Source: a virus. From it: 64,000 bases of DNA. Positions 33,475 through 43,374 of the stretch are shown piece after piece (the first letter of the stretch is position 1; each line of letters starts with the position of its first letter). The notes under the pieces are model-generated. The model was not told the DNA's origin, did no database searches, and saw only the letters and a program-made list of their open reading frames with translations. Location of the stretch: IMG/VR virus record IMGVR_UViG_3300031450_000090; one strand, written 5' to 3'. The translations under genes and the position numbers were made by a program.

Positions 33475-33690
33475 ATGGCCACAGCTGCCGACCTCCAGGC
33501 CGCCATCGACGCCATCGAGGCCCAGCTCAACAGCGGCGTCAGCCAGGCGGCCGAGAACGGGCGGATGCTGCGCTACGACTTGGCATCGCTGCGCCAACGT
33601 CGGGCCGAACTGATCGCGCAGCTGAACCGCCTTTCCGGCACGCCTCAGATCCGGCGCATCTTGACACACTCGCCCACCAAGGGGCTGTAG
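33475..33690 (+). CDS. gpW-like head-tail joining protein
   Basis: Between terL and portal; LQAAIDAIE...SG...GRMLRY.L..LR. Confidence 0.8.
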   Translation: MATAADLQAAIDAIEAQLNSGVSQAAENGRMLRYDLASLRQRRAELIAQLNRLSGTPQIRRILTHSPTKGL

Positions 33691-33692
33691 CC

Positions 33693-35249
33693 TTGGGCCT
33701 GTGGTCGCGCGTCTTCGGCGGATTGCCGCGGGCCCAGGCGCGCATCGGCCAGGGCTACGAGGGCTCGCGGCTCGGCCGCCGCCTGCGCGGCTGGGTCGCC
33801 GAGCGTCGCACCATCAACGCGCTCTTGGCGTCGGGCGGCGACCAGTTGAGGGCCCGGGCGCGGCAACTCTGCCGCGAGAACCCCTATGCCGCCAATGCCT
33901 GCGAGGCGTTCACGGCCGCTGCAGTCGGGGCCGGCATTAAGCCGTCGTCGCTGGTCGCCGATGCCGATACCAGGGCCGCGATCCAGCGCGCCTGGCTCGC
34001 ATGGACTGATGATGCCGATGCCGACGGCATCACGGACTTCTACGGTCTGCAGGCGCTGGCGGCCCGCGCCATGTTCGAGGCCGGAGAGGTGTTCATCCGC
34101 TTCCGGCCGCGCCGTCCGTCGGACGGCTTGTCGGTGCCGTTGCAGATCCAGCTGCTCGAGTCCGAGATGCTGGCCTTCACGCTGAACGAGCCGGCCGGGA
34201 ACGGCAACGTGATCCGCGAGGGCATCGAATTCGACGCCATCGGCCGACGCGTCGCATACCACTTCTACAAGTCGCATCCGGGCGAGATCTACCCCGTGAT
34301 CTTCGACTTCTCCTACAGCCGCGTGCCTGCCACCGAGGTGCTGCATCTCTACAAGCCGCTGCGGCCGGGCCAGATCCGCGGCCAGCCGCAGATCACGCCC
34401 TCCATGGTCAGGCTGTACCTGCTCGACCTTTATGACGACGCCGAGCTGGACCGCAAGCGCGTGGCCGCGATGTTCGCGGGCTTCATCACCAAGAAGACGT
34501 CCGAATCCGACCTGCCGATCCCGACCGACCCGGGAAGCCTCGGGCCACTCGCCGAGACGCCGGGGCCGGACACGGCGATGGCCCAGCTCGAGCCCGGCAT
34601 GCTGCAGGTGCTTGAGGACGGCCAGACGATCACGTTCTCGAACCCGGCCGAGGTCGGCGGTTCCTACGAAGCCTTCATGTGGCGCAACCTGCTGGCCATC
34701 GCGTCGGGCGCCGGTGTGCCCTACTCGTCCGTCACCGGTGACACGTCGAAATCCAACTATTCGAGCTCTCGCGAGAGCCAGGTCGAGTTTCGGCGGCGCA
34801 TCGATCAGGTCCAGCATCTCGTGCTGGTCTTTCAGATGTGCCGGCCGATCTGGATCCGGTGGATGGAGACCGCCGTGATGGCCGGCGCCATCCCGATCAC
34901 GCCTCGCGCCTTTGTCCTCACGCGGACCGCGTTCCTCGCGGTCAAGTGGATCGCGCCCAAATGGGACTGGGTCGACCCCTGGAAGGACCGCAAGGCCGAG
35001 CAGCTCGCCCTGGAGATGGGCGTCAAGTCCCGTTCCGACGCGATCGAGGCCGAGGGCGAGGAGCCCGAAGCCAACGATCTCCGCATCCAGGCCGATCGCC
35101 GGCGCGAGATCGCCATGGATCTCGGGTTCCGGCCCGTGACGATCCGCGAGAACGTCAACATCGGCGCCCAAGCCGCCACGCCCGATGAGGCGGTCAAGGC
35201 CGCACGCGACGGCGGCGACACGCGGGACGATCCCCAGGCCACATCGTAA
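33693..35249 (+). CDS. Portal protein, lambda family
   Basis: LRARARQLCRENPYA, QIQLLESE, EGIEFDAIGRRVAYH, GQIRG.P, GDTSKSNYSSSR, WDWVDPWKD. Confidence 0.95.
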   Translation: MGLWSRVFGGLPRAQARIGQGYEGSRLGRRLRGWVAERRTINALLASGGDQLRARARQLCRENPYAANACEAFTAAAVGAGIKPSSLVADADTRAAIQRAWLAWTDDADADGITDFYGLQALAARAMFEAGEVFIRFRPRRPSDGLSVPLQIQLLESEMLAFTLNEPAGNGNVIREGIEFDAIGRRVAYHFYKSHPGEIYPVIFDFSYSRVPATEVLHLYKPLRPGQIRGQPQITPSMVRLYLLDLYDDAELDRKRVAAMFAGFITKKTSESDLPIPTDPGSLGPLAETPGPDTAMAQLEPGMLQVLEDGQTITFSNPAEVGGSYEAFMWRNLLAIASGAGVPYSSVTGDTSKSNYSSSRESQVEFRRRIDQVQHLVLVFQMCRPIWIRWMETAVMAGAIPITPRAFVLTRTAFLAVKWIAPKWDWVDPWKDRKAEQLALEMGVKSRSDAIEAEGEEPEANDLRIQADRRREIAMDLGFRPVTIRENVNIGAQAATPDEAVKAARDGGDTRDDPQATS

Positions 35250-35320
35250 CGCGGGCTCCTGGCCCGCAGGCAGGCGGACAGGATGTCCCCGCGACCGGCC
35301 GTGCTTAAAGGAACTCACCG

Positions 35321-36601
35321 ATGGCCTGCAGGGTCGACGGCCGCACGATCGTCCTGTCGGGCGACGTCGGCGACATGGGCGGATGGTACTTCGACGACGA
35401 CGAGCGGGGGTTCACCTCGTCCGACGTCATCGCGGCCCTGGCTCAGGTCGGCGACGCCAACGACGTGACGATCCGGTTGAACAGCGGTGGCGGCATCGCA
35501 ACCGAAGGCTCCGCCATTCACGCGGCGCTCGCGCGGCACAAGGGAAGGAAAGTCGTCATCGTCGAAGGCATCGCTGCCTCCGCGGCGTCCGTCCTGGCCA
35601 TGGCGGGCGACGAGGTCGTGATGAGCCTCGGTGCCCTGCTCATGATCCACGACCCCTCCGGCTTCACCGTGGGCACGATCGTCGACCACCAGCAGCAGAT
35701 CAACGCATTGACCGCGCTGGGCGACGCCATGGCGTCGATCTACGCAGCCAAGTCCGGCCAGGATCAGGGCGCCTGCAGGGCCGACATGCAGGCCGAGCTG
35801 TGGATGACGGCCGATCAGGCCGTCTCCAAGGGCTATGCCGACCGCGTCGAGGGCGTGGGAGACGCATCCGCGGTACCGACCGAGCCCGCCCCCTTCGACT
35901 ACACGGCTTACCGCCACGCCCCGCCCCGCATGGTCGCGCTCGCACGCGCCAGGCGCTGGGACCGGGCGACGTCGAAATCGACGCCGACGGCGAACGCCGC
36001 TTCCGAAACACCTGACCAGGAGCCCGCCGTGGCCACCGAAGCCGAGATCCAGGCCCGCATCGATGCCGCTGTCGTGGCCGAGCGCGACAAGCATGTCGGC
36101 ACCTTGGTGGTGTCGGCCCGCGAGGACGGCAGTGCAGCCGCCACCGCGGCGACCGCCGCCACCGCTCCGGTCCCGGCCGCCCAGCCTGCGACGTCCCGCG
36201 CCCAGGTGGCCGAGATCGCCCGCCTCTGCAACGAGGGTGGCGTGCCCGCCATGACGGCCTCGCTGCTGGCCGAAGGCGCAACGGTCGAGCAGGCTAAGGC
36301 GAGGATCGCGTCGGCCGGCCAGATCACTGAGATGGTGGCGCTGGCCCGCCGCCAGAACCCGGCCGTGCCCGAAAACCTGGCCGCCACCATGCTGGCGGAG
36401 GGCAAGAACGTCGAGCAGGCCCGCGCCGCGCTCTTCGACCAGCTTGTCGGACAGAGCGAGGCGGCCCCCGTAGCCTCCTACCACCGCGCCGGCGCCGGCG
36501 GAGCGGATCGCGCCGGCGTGACCGACGCCCGCGCCAGGAGCAAGGCCAACATGGTGGCGCAACTGAAACGCCAGGGCCTGTTGCCCGCAACGGAGGTCTG
36601 A
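35321..36601 (+). CDS. ClpP-like head maturation protease with scaffold-like C-terminus
   Basis: IRLNSGGG, GIAASAASVLAMAGD, MIHDP, ELWMTADQAV..GYAD. Confidence 0.92.
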   Translation: MACRVDGRTIVLSGDVGDMGGWYFDDDERGFTSSDVIAALAQVGDANDVTIRLNSGGGIATEGSAIHAALARHKGRKVVIVEGIAASAASVLAMAGDEVVMSLGALLMIHDPSGFTVGTIVDHQQQINALTALGDAMASIYAAKSGQDQGACRADMQAELWMTADQAVSKGYADRVEGVGDASAVPTEPAPFDYTAYRHAPPRMVALARARRWDRATSKSTPTANAASETPDQEPAVATEAEIQARIDAAVVAERDKHVGTLVVSAREDGSAAATAATAATAPVPAAQPATSRAQVAEIARLCNEGGVPAMTASLLAEGATVEQAKARIASAGQITEMVALARRQNPAVPENLAATMLAEGKNVEQARAALFDQLVGQSEAAPVASYHRAGAGGADRAGVTDARARSKANMVAQLKRQGLLPATEV

Positions 36602-36604
36602 ACC

Positions 36605-36997
36605 TTGTCCATCACGCTCGACAGCCCGAACTACGCCTCCGACTGGCTCAAGGGCGAGTCCCAGGCCGGAGAATATTTCTCCCGCGACACCGGCGTGCTG
36701 GCCCAAGGGCAGGGCGTGCTGGTCACCGGCACCGTGCTGGGCATCCGCACGGCCGACGGCAAATATGTCATCGCCGCCACCGGCACCACCGACGGGTCGC
36801 AGAGCGCGGCCGCCATCCTGTTCAACGCTTCGGTCGACACCACGAACGGCGACCAGTCGATCGTGGTGATCTCGCGACACGCCACCGTGATGCACCAGGG
36901 CCTCGTCTGGGGACCTGCCATCAACTCCGCCGCGCTGCGGGCTGCCGCCGCGCAGCAGCTCGCCCAGCACGGCATCATCGACCGCCAGGGCGCCTGA
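36605..36997 (+). CDS. Head decoration protein (gpD-like)
   Basis: GTVLG..T.DGKY.......DGSQ.AAAIL; between protease and capsid genes. Confidence 0.85.
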   Translation: MSITLDSPNYASDWLKGESQAGEYFSRDTGVLAQGQGVLVTGTVLGIRTADGKYVIAATGTTDGSQSAAAILFNASVDTTNGDQSIVVISRHATVMHQGLVWGPAINSAALRAAAAQQLAQHGIIDRQGA

Positions 36998-37068
36998 GGC
37001 CCCGCCGGCGCCGCGCCGGCACTGATGTTCCCCCCCGGGGCGGATGTGCCGCCGTCTTTCCGTCCACC

Positions 37069-37095
37069 AAGGGCTGCCTCCCGGGCGGCCCTTTT
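37069..37095 (+). terminator. Terminator-like hairpin between decoration and capsid genes
   Basis: AAGGGCTGCC-loop-GGCGGCCCTT followed by a T run. Confidence 0.55.
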
Positions 37096-37113
37096 CTTTG
37101 AGGGCCCGTCGCC

Positions 37114-38193
37114 GTGCCGACCACCATTCTCGACATCTTCGACGACGCGGCCTTCAACGCCGTGTCCCTGACCGACAACGTCAACATCGTTCCCAACACA
37201 TACGGGCTGCTGCAGCAGCTCGGGCTGTTCAACGACGAGCCGATCCCCACCACCTCGGTGGCGATCGAGATCCAGAACGGCGTGCTGAACCTGCTGCCGT
37301 CCCGGCAGCGCGGCGCCCCGCCGAGCTTCGGCACGCCCGAAAAGCGGCACCTCAAGAGCTTCGTCATCCCACATTTCCCGCACGACGATTCGGTGCTCGC
37401 CACCGACGTGCAGAATATGCTCGCCTGGGTCAGGGGGCTGCAGGGGATGCAGCTCGAGACGGTGCTGGGCTACACCAACCGCAAGCTGATCGGCATGCGG
37501 CGCAAACATGCCATCACGCTCGAGAACCTCCGCATGGGCGCCGTCAAAGGCGTGATGCTCGACGCCGACGGCTCGGCGATCGTGAACTACTTTACCGAAT
37601 TCGGGGTGACGCCCCCGCAGTTCGACTTCACCTTCGGGGCGCCCGCCGTCAACGGCGCGCCCTTCAACATCGGCTCCGTGGCCACCGCCGTCACGGGCTA
37701 CATGGAAGACAACCTCATGGGCGACACCATGACGGGGGTCCTGGCACTGTGCTCGCCGAGCTTCTTCCGCAGGTTCGTGTCGCATCCGAGCGTGGTCAAC
37801 GCCTACCAGTTCTATGCTGCGACCCAGAACCCGAACCGCAACGACGTCCGCCGCGGTTTCACCTTCCAGGACATCACCTGGCGGGAATACCGCGGCTACG
37901 CCACCTACCTCAACGAGGACAAGACGACGACGAAGTCCTCCTTCGTGCCGGATGGCGACGCCCGCTTCATCCCGCTCGGCACCAGCGAGACCTTCACGAA
38001 CTATTGGGCGCCGCCCGATTTCATGTCGGCCGTCAACGAGGCCGGCGAAATGCCCGACATCATGAGCCAGGTGTTCGTGGCGCCGCTGGAGCCCAAGCGC
38101 TTCGGCAAGGGCATCGACATCCACACGGAATCAAACCCGCTCCCCGTCTGCAAGCGGCCCGCGCTGCTGGTCCGCGGCTTCTCGTCCAACTGA
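37114..38193 (+). CDS. Major capsid protein, lambda gpE family
   Basis: LNLLPSRQRGAP, IPHFPHDDSVLATDVQ, TLENLRMGAVKG, TESNPLP.C.RP.LL. Confidence 0.93.
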   Translation: MPTTILDIFDDAAFNAVSLTDNVNIVPNTYGLLQQLGLFNDEPIPTTSVAIEIQNGVLNLLPSRQRGAPPSFGTPEKRHLKSFVIPHFPHDDSVLATDVQNMLAWVRGLQGMQLETVLGYTNRKLIGMRRKHAITLENLRMGAVKGVMLDADGSAIVNYFTEFGVTPPQFDFTFGAPAVNGAPFNIGSVATAVTGYMEDNLMGDTMTGVLALCSPSFFRRFVSHPSVVNAYQFYAATQNPNRNDVRRGFTFQDITWREYRGYATYLNEDKTTTKSSFVPDGDARFIPLGTSETFTNYWAPPDFMSAVNEAGEMPDIMSQVFVAPLEPKRFGKGIDIHTESNPLPVCKRPALLVRGFSSN

Positions 38194-38266
38194 GTGGCGC
38201 GGGCTCCGGCCCGCCGACGAACGCACAGGCGGGCAGGATGTCCGCGCACCAGATGAGGGTCGACCC

Positions 38267-38623
38267 ATGGTCAAGCTCACCAAGAAGGGCGGCGACGCCG
38301 CCCCCGAAGGCAACCCGGGGGCGCCGGGTCCCGTCTACTTTCCCTGGGACGCGGCCTTGAAGGGCATCGCCACCGGCGCTTACGACGTCAACGGCGATCC
38401 GCAGGCCGAGCGCGGCCCGGACCAGCCCGGTGCCCAGACGCCGGCGCCCGGCACCAAGCCGCTCGATGGTAGCGACGAGAAGGCCGCCGAGGGCGACACG
38501 CTGACCAATATCGCCAAGGTCTCGGCCCCCGGTGCCGCGGCGGCTGGCCTGCCCAAGGATCCACCGCCGGCCCAGTCGGGCCGCGAGCCGGCCCCGAAAG
38601 CGCCGGCCCCGGCCACCAGATAG
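38267..38623 (+). CDS. Pro/Ala-rich hypothetical protein (gpFI-like position)
   Basis: ORF directly after the capsid gene. Confidence 0.55.
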   Translation: MVKLTKKGGDAAPEGNPGAPGPVYFPWDAALKGIATGAYDVNGDPQAERGPDQPGAQTPAPGTKPLDGSDEKAAEGDTLTNIAKVSAPGAAAAGLPKDPPPAQSGREPAPKAPAPATR

Positions 38624-38640
38624 CGCTCACGGGCAGGCCC

Positions 38641-39054
38641 GTGAGCGCCTTCGCGGCGGCATTCGGCGCCATGCAGCCAGCTTTCGACGCGGCCTTCGGC
38701 GAGCCCGTGCTGATCGAGCCGCAGGTCGTGACGTCGCGCCGTAACCGCTATGTCGCGGGCGGCGCCGATCCGGCCACGCAACCGCGCCAGGTCATCGGCA
38801 TCTTCCGCGGACAGACCGTGGTCGACCGGGTGCAGAGCGGCGCCACCAACAGCGAGACCGCCGACGTGCTGGCCCAGCAGACCACGGTAGACTTCGACGC
38901 GGCGCTGTTCGACTCGACGTCGCTGCCTCAGGAGGGGTGGGTCGTGGTGCTGACGTCGCGCACCGGCCGGCCCCGATGGCGCATCGCGGCCGTGAAGCCG
39001 GACTTCGTCGCCAGGATCGCCTGTTCCCTGACCTTCCTGGAAAACAGCGCATGA
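38641..39054 (+). CDS. Head-tail joining/closure protein
   Basis: FDAAFGEPVLIEP...; position. Confidence 0.7.
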   Translation: MSAFAAAFGAMQPAFDAAFGEPVLIEPQVVTSRRNRYVAGGADPATQPRQVIGIFRGQTVVDRVQSGATNSETADVLAQQTTVDFDAALFDSTSLPQEGWVVVLTSRTGRPRWRIAAVKPDFVARIACSLTFLENSA

Positions 39055-39113
39055 GCCTCGCGTCTTTCGCGGTGCGGCTCATCCGCCCGCCTGTCTCCTT
39101 GGCTAACCCATGA
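39051..39113 (+). repeat. Duplicated gene-start remnant (20-aa micro-ORF MSLASFAVRLIRPPVSLANP)
   Basis: The first nine codons encode the same peptide as the start of 39110..39922 but differ at synonymous sites. Confidence 0.7.
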
Positions 39114-39922
39114 GCCTCGCCTCGTTCGCAGTGCGGATCTGTACGGTCGAGGCGCTGCGCGGCCAGACCTTCGCGGGCGACTCCATTGAGGACAGCCCGA
39201 TCGACCCGATCGCGCTCGCCGTCACGGCGGCGTCGCCCGTCATCGCGGTGTTCTCGGACGGCGAGGCCCTGCAGCCGGCCGGCACGTCGTTCCTGGCGAG
39301 CCGCGACGACGGCAGGGGCCACACCGTCGACCTCACGATGCACATCTTCCTGCCCACCGATCCGGTGATCCGGGTCGACGGCCAGGCCCCGATCGCGCTG
39401 GAGGGCCGCGAATCCGGCGCTGCCGTCGCGGTCGACCTCATCCACCGCCAGATCGAGCGCGCGTTGGGGCTCAACGACGGCGTCTGGGCGGACCTGTGGC
39501 GCCGCGCCGTGATCGGCATCGTGTCGATCGACGCCAAGGCCTACGTCCTGCAGACCGACAAGGGCGTGCGCCTGCCGGCCCGCGAGATCCTGATGCGGCT
39601 CGACGTGCTCGACAGCCCCGGGTTCGGCGATGGGGCGAGCGACTTCTGGCCCGACTTCGTCGCTGCCATGCAGGGGTCCGACGACCTTGCTCCCCTGGCC
39701 GCCGTGGTGGCCGGGGCGATCCGGGGCGACGCATTGCCGTCCTGGCGGGACACGCAGGCGCTGCTCGGCCTGCGCGACCGCGACATGCAGGCCATCGGCC
39801 TCGGGCCGATCGGCGGCAACCAGGCCGACGACGTCGTGCCGATGGCGTCGGCCGCTCTCGACGACACCGCGGAGGGCACGCCCGACCCGGTCTATTCCGT
39901 CACCTCGAGCGGCACGCCGTGA
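39110..39922 (+). CDS. Tail completion/terminator-like protein
   Basis: Position before gpV; MSL.....R...VEALRG.T.AG..+.DS pattern. Confidence 0.6.
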   Translation: MSLASFAVRICTVEALRGQTFAGDSIEDSPIDPIALAVTAASPVIAVFSDGEALQPAGTSFLASRDDGRGHTVDLTMHIFLPTDPVIRVDGQAPIALEGRESGAAVAVDLIHRQIERALGLNDGVWADLWRRAVIGIVSIDAKAYVLQTDKGVRLPAREILMRLDVLDSPGFGDGASDFWPDFVAAMQGSDDLAPLAAVVAGAIRGDALPSWRDTQALLGLRDRDMQAIGLGPIGGNQADDVVPMASAALDDTAEGTPDPVYSVTSSGTP

Positions 39923-40476
39923 ACGACGACCACGGCGACCACATCGGGCAGCTCTACGACCGCATCGCCCAGCTCGAGGGACGGCTGGAGCGCATGTTCC
40001 GGCCCGGCACCGTGACCGACGTCGACGTCTCCGACCCGGCGAAGCCGCGCGCCCGCATCGGCGTCGGGGTCGACGATCAGGGCCAGCCCGTCAAGGGACC
40101 CGCGGTGCCGTTCTCGACCTTCGCGGGCGCCCGCAACATCCATTCGCCGGTCTCGGTCGGCCAGCAGATGATGCAGCTCGCGCCCGACGGCGACTTCGAG
40201 CAGGCTGTGCTGCTGCCGCTCGGCCACTCCGACCAGGTCAAGGCGCCATCAACCGAAGCCGGCACCTTCGTCGACGGTACCGGCGGCACCGACATCCGCT
40301 TCAAGGCCGGCAAGCACCAGGTCAAGGCCGGCGACAAGACGGCCCACCTCGTCACCGACAAGGGCCAGCGTCTCGCGGTCGAGGACATCGCCAAGCTGGT
40401 CATCAAGATCGGCGGCCAGGCCTTCATGCTCAAGATGAGCGCGCTGCAGCCGACCCAGGACCTCGACGACTTCTGA
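39919..40476 (+). CDS. Baseplate spike protein gpV
   Basis: RMFRPGTVTDVD, PVSVGQQMMQLAPDGD..QAVLLP; GTG 39919. Confidence 0.85.
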   Translation: MNDDHGDHIGQLYDRIAQLEGRLERMFRPGTVTDVDVSDPAKPRARIGVGVDDQGQPVKGPAVPFSTFAGARNIHSPVSVGQQMMQLAPDGDFEQAVLLPLGHSDQVKAPSTEAGTFVDGTGGTDIRFKAGKHQVKAGDKTAHLVTDKGQRLAVEDIAKLVIKIGGQAFMLKMSALQPTQDLDDF

Positions 40477-40488
40477 GGCGAGCAGAGC

Positions 40489-40746
40489 ATGAAACGAAAC
40501 GACCTCCCAGCCGTGGCGTTCACGATCACTCCCTCCGGAAGCGTGCAGCCTTTATTCTGCGGCCGGGGTGTCGGCGTCGTATTGCAGGCTGAGGTGAAGC
40601 CTGGTGGACCCGACCATTCCTTCACGCATGTTCTCGAGCTGAAGTTAGGTCTGCGCAGCGGCGAGCCAGTCCCCTGGGAAACGCTGGCCGACATCACGAA
40701 TCAGGAACTCGCGGACGGAACCTATTCTACGCTGATGAAGGGCTGA
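40489..40746 (+). CDS. Small inserted hypothetical protein
   Basis: AT-richer ORF between V and W. Confidence 0.5.
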   Translation: MKRNDLPAVAFTITPSGSVQPLFCGRGVGVVLQAEVKPGGPDHSFTHVLELKLGLRSGEPVPWETLADITNQELADGTYSTLMKG

Positions 40747-40750
40747 ACAC

Positions 40751-41131
40751 TTGCCCTCGACCGGGATCGACCGCCGCACCGGCAAGCTGCTGCGGGGGTG
40801 GCCCCATGTCCTGCAATCGATCGAGGTGATCTTCACCACCCACATCGGCGAGCGCGTCATGCGCCGCACCTTCGGGTCCAACGTCCCCGCGATCCTCGGC
40901 CGCGAGAACATCGTCACCTCGGCGATCGCGCGCTTCTTCGCCGCCATCGTGGTGGCGATCGAGCTGTGGGAGCCGCGCTTCCGTGTGATCCGCATTATCT
41001 TCCCGCCGGACGAGAACACGCCCGACGCCAACCGGACCGGACGCATCGGCATGCGCATCGTCGGCCAATACCGGCCGAACGCGCTTCAAGGCGATTTCAC
41101 CGTCGAAAGCGTCAAGGACTTCGTCCTGTGA
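40751..41131 (+). CDS. Baseplate wedge gpW/gp25
   Basis: STGIDRRTGKLLRGWPHVLQSIEVIFTT.IGERVMRR.FGS, WEPRFRV. Confidence 0.9.
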   Translation: MPSTGIDRRTGKLLRGWPHVLQSIEVIFTTHIGERVMRRTFGSNVPAILGRENIVTSAIARFFAAIVVAIELWEPRFRVIRIIFPPDENTPDANRTGRIGMRIVGQYRPNALQGDFTVESVKDFVL

Positions 41132-41189
41132 CGGCCGGCGCGGCGCAGCCAAGCGCGCCCGGTCTCCGCCTCAGCCAAGGTCCGTCGAG

Positions 41190-42116
41190 ATGAGCAGGTT
41201 CCCGGCGACCGCGATCGACTTCTCGCTGCTGCCGGCGCCGTCGATCATCGAGACTCTCAGCTTCGAGGCCATCCTGGCCGAGCAGAAAACGGATTGCCTG
41301 GCCAGGCTGGCGGCCGCCGGCATCGTGCTCGACACGTTGACGCTCGAATCCGAGCCCGTCACCGTCATTCTCGAGACCGTGGCCTACCGCGAGGTCCTGC
41401 TGCGCGGTCGCGTCAACGATGCCGCCAAGGCGGTGCTGCTGGCCTACAGCTACGGCACCAACCTCGACCACCTCGGTGCCCTGTTCGGCGTGCTGCGCAT
41501 GGCGCTCGTCGCCTCGCCGCGACCCTTCGCGGCCCATGCCGAGGATTGGGAGGCCGACGACCGCTTCCGACGGCGCATCCAGCTGGCGCCCGACGCCTAT
41601 TCCAACGCCGGCACGCTGCGCGGCTACATGTACCACGCGCTCTCGGCCTCGCCCGATGTGGCCGACGTCCATGCCTTCTCGCCCCTGGCGGGACGGGTTG
41701 ATGTCGTGGTGCTGGGTGCCGTCGACGCTGCACCGGGGCCGGGCAAGCTCTCCAACGCCGCCATGTCGGCCCTCTACGCGCGGCTCAACGACGAGGACGT
41801 GAAGCCGCTCACCGACGACGTGAGGCTGAGCCAGGCCGCCATCGTCGGCTACACGGTCGACGCGATGCTGCGGGTGCGCCGCGGGCCAGACCCCGGCATC
41901 GTCAAGGCCCAGGCCGTGGCGGCCCAGGCCGCCTATTCGGCCGGGCACTTCCTGGTGGACGAGGTCCACTACGCCAGCGCTATCGCGGCGGCCCTGCAGG
42001 TGCCCAACGTCTACGAGGTCGTGCTGAACGAACCCTCGGGTCGGATCGTGCCGGGCGACTACGCGGCCGCGCGCTGCACCGGCGCCACGATCCTGACCGA
42101 GATCGCCGATGGCTGA
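41190..42116 (+). CDS. Baseplate J protein
   Basis: IDFSLLPAP.IIE.L.FEAIL, AYREVLLR.RVNDAA, GTNLDHLGA, D.RFR.RIQLAP.A.S.AG, VKPLTD. Confidence 0.92.
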   Translation: MSRFPATAIDFSLLPAPSIIETLSFEAILAEQKTDCLARLAAAGIVLDTLTLESEPVTVILETVAYREVLLRGRVNDAAKAVLLAYSYGTNLDHLGALFGVLRMALVASPRPFAAHAEDWEADDRFRRRIQLAPDAYSNAGTLRGYMYHALSASPDVADVHAFSPLAGRVDVVVLGAVDAAPGPGKLSNAAMSALYARLNDEDVKPLTDDVRLSQAAIVGYTVDAMLRVRRGPDPGIVKAQAVAAQAAYSAGHFLVDEVHYASAIAAALQVPNVYEVVLNEPSGRIVPGDYAAARCTGATILTEIADG

Positions 42117-43374
42117 CGACGTCGCCTCTTTGCTGCCGCGGGAGGCCACGGGGCTCGAGCGCGTTTTCGAACAGGCCGGCGCCCGCATCGACGCGCTGCC
42201 GGTCCCCAACGCCACGATCAAGACGCCGAGCCTGGCGCCCGGCCTGTTCCTCAAGTATCTCGCCGGCGAGCTCTCGACCGACCTCTGGTCCGACGACTGG
42301 GCCGACGCCAAGATGCGCTCGGTCACGGCCGCGACCCTGCCGCTCAAGACGAGGCTCGGCACGCTCGGCGCCATCCGGGCCTACCTCGAGATCGAGGATG
42401 CCGGCGTCATCGACGCGGTGACGCCGCCCCAGATGGCCTTCTATGGCGAGTCGCTGACGAGTAACGAATATGCGGACTGGCTCGCCCGCCTGCCGCAGAT
42501 CCGCGTCTACTTCCGCGAGGAAAAGGGTACGGCGACCGTCGAGGCATTCTTCGACGACGTCGCCTTCTTCGACGATGCTGCCGCCACCTTCGACACCGCC
42601 AGGTCGCTGCTCGGCCGGCATGCCTTCTCCTACGATCCGGAGACCGGTGTCGAGACGCCTCTGACCACGGCCGACATCGAGACCACGGCCACCACGCGAG
42701 AGACCGTCACGGCCGAGACCGCCTCGACCACATCGAACGCCAACCACACCGACAGTTTCGTCGACCTCGCCTTCGCGGACGCCAGCTACCTCACCGATCC
42801 CGATCCTCAGCCGCAGATCTACAGCTGGTCGATCGTCACCAGTTCGAACCAGACGACCGAACGGGCCAACATCACCGTCTCCCCGTCGCTGCTGGCCATC
42901 GACACCCGGCCCGACCGGGTTCAGGTGATCCTGCCCGACGACGGCGGGGCCTTCGCCGATCTCGACGCCGCCGACCTCGGCTTTGCGCTCGACGACTCCG
43001 CCGAGATCGCCTTCTACGACCGCATCTACCTCGCCAACCAGAATGTGGTGGCGCCCGTCACCGAGGGTTCGGCCTTCTACGACATCTCGCGCTTCGGCAT
43101 CGACGCCTACACGGCCGAGCTGCTGATCGACACGCGCGAGCACGCCGCGATCGGCACCGACTTCTTCGACGAGGCTTTCGCCGACGACGCCCTGCCCATC
43201 GACGAGGACGCCACCAAGCGCGAGCGCCTCTGCGAAGCGATCCTGCTGGCGCAGTCGGGTCGCGACCGCGTCAAGGCCGATTGGCAGCGCACCCGGGCCG
43301 TCACCTTCGGCGACGCGCCCCATTTCGATGGGTCCTGCCGCTTTTCCGAACGTCTCAACCGTGTAAGGCTTTGA
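42109..43374 (+). CDS. P2 gpI-like tail protein with acidic C-terminal extension
   Basis: SLLPREATGLE...FLKYLA.E.S.DLW..DW.......GTLGAIRAYL. Confidence 0.8.
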   Translation: MADDVASLLPREATGLERVFEQAGARIDALPVPNATIKTPSLAPGLFLKYLAGELSTDLWSDDWADAKMRSVTAATLPLKTRLGTLGAIRAYLEIEDAGVIDAVTPPQMAFYGESLTSNEYADWLARLPQIRVYFREEKGTATVEAFFDDVAFFDDAAATFDTARSLLGRHAFSYDPETGVETPLTTADIETTATTRETVTAETASTTSNANHTDSFVDLAFADASYLTDPDPQPQIYSWSIVTSSNQTTERANITVSPSLLAIDTRPDRVQVILPDDGGAFADLDAADLGFALDDSAEIAFYDRIYLANQNVVAPVTEGSAFYDISRFGIDAYTAELLIDTREHAAIGTDFFDEAFADDALPIDEDATKRERLCEAILLAQSGRDRVKADWQRTRAVTFGDAPHFDGSCRFSERLNRVRL

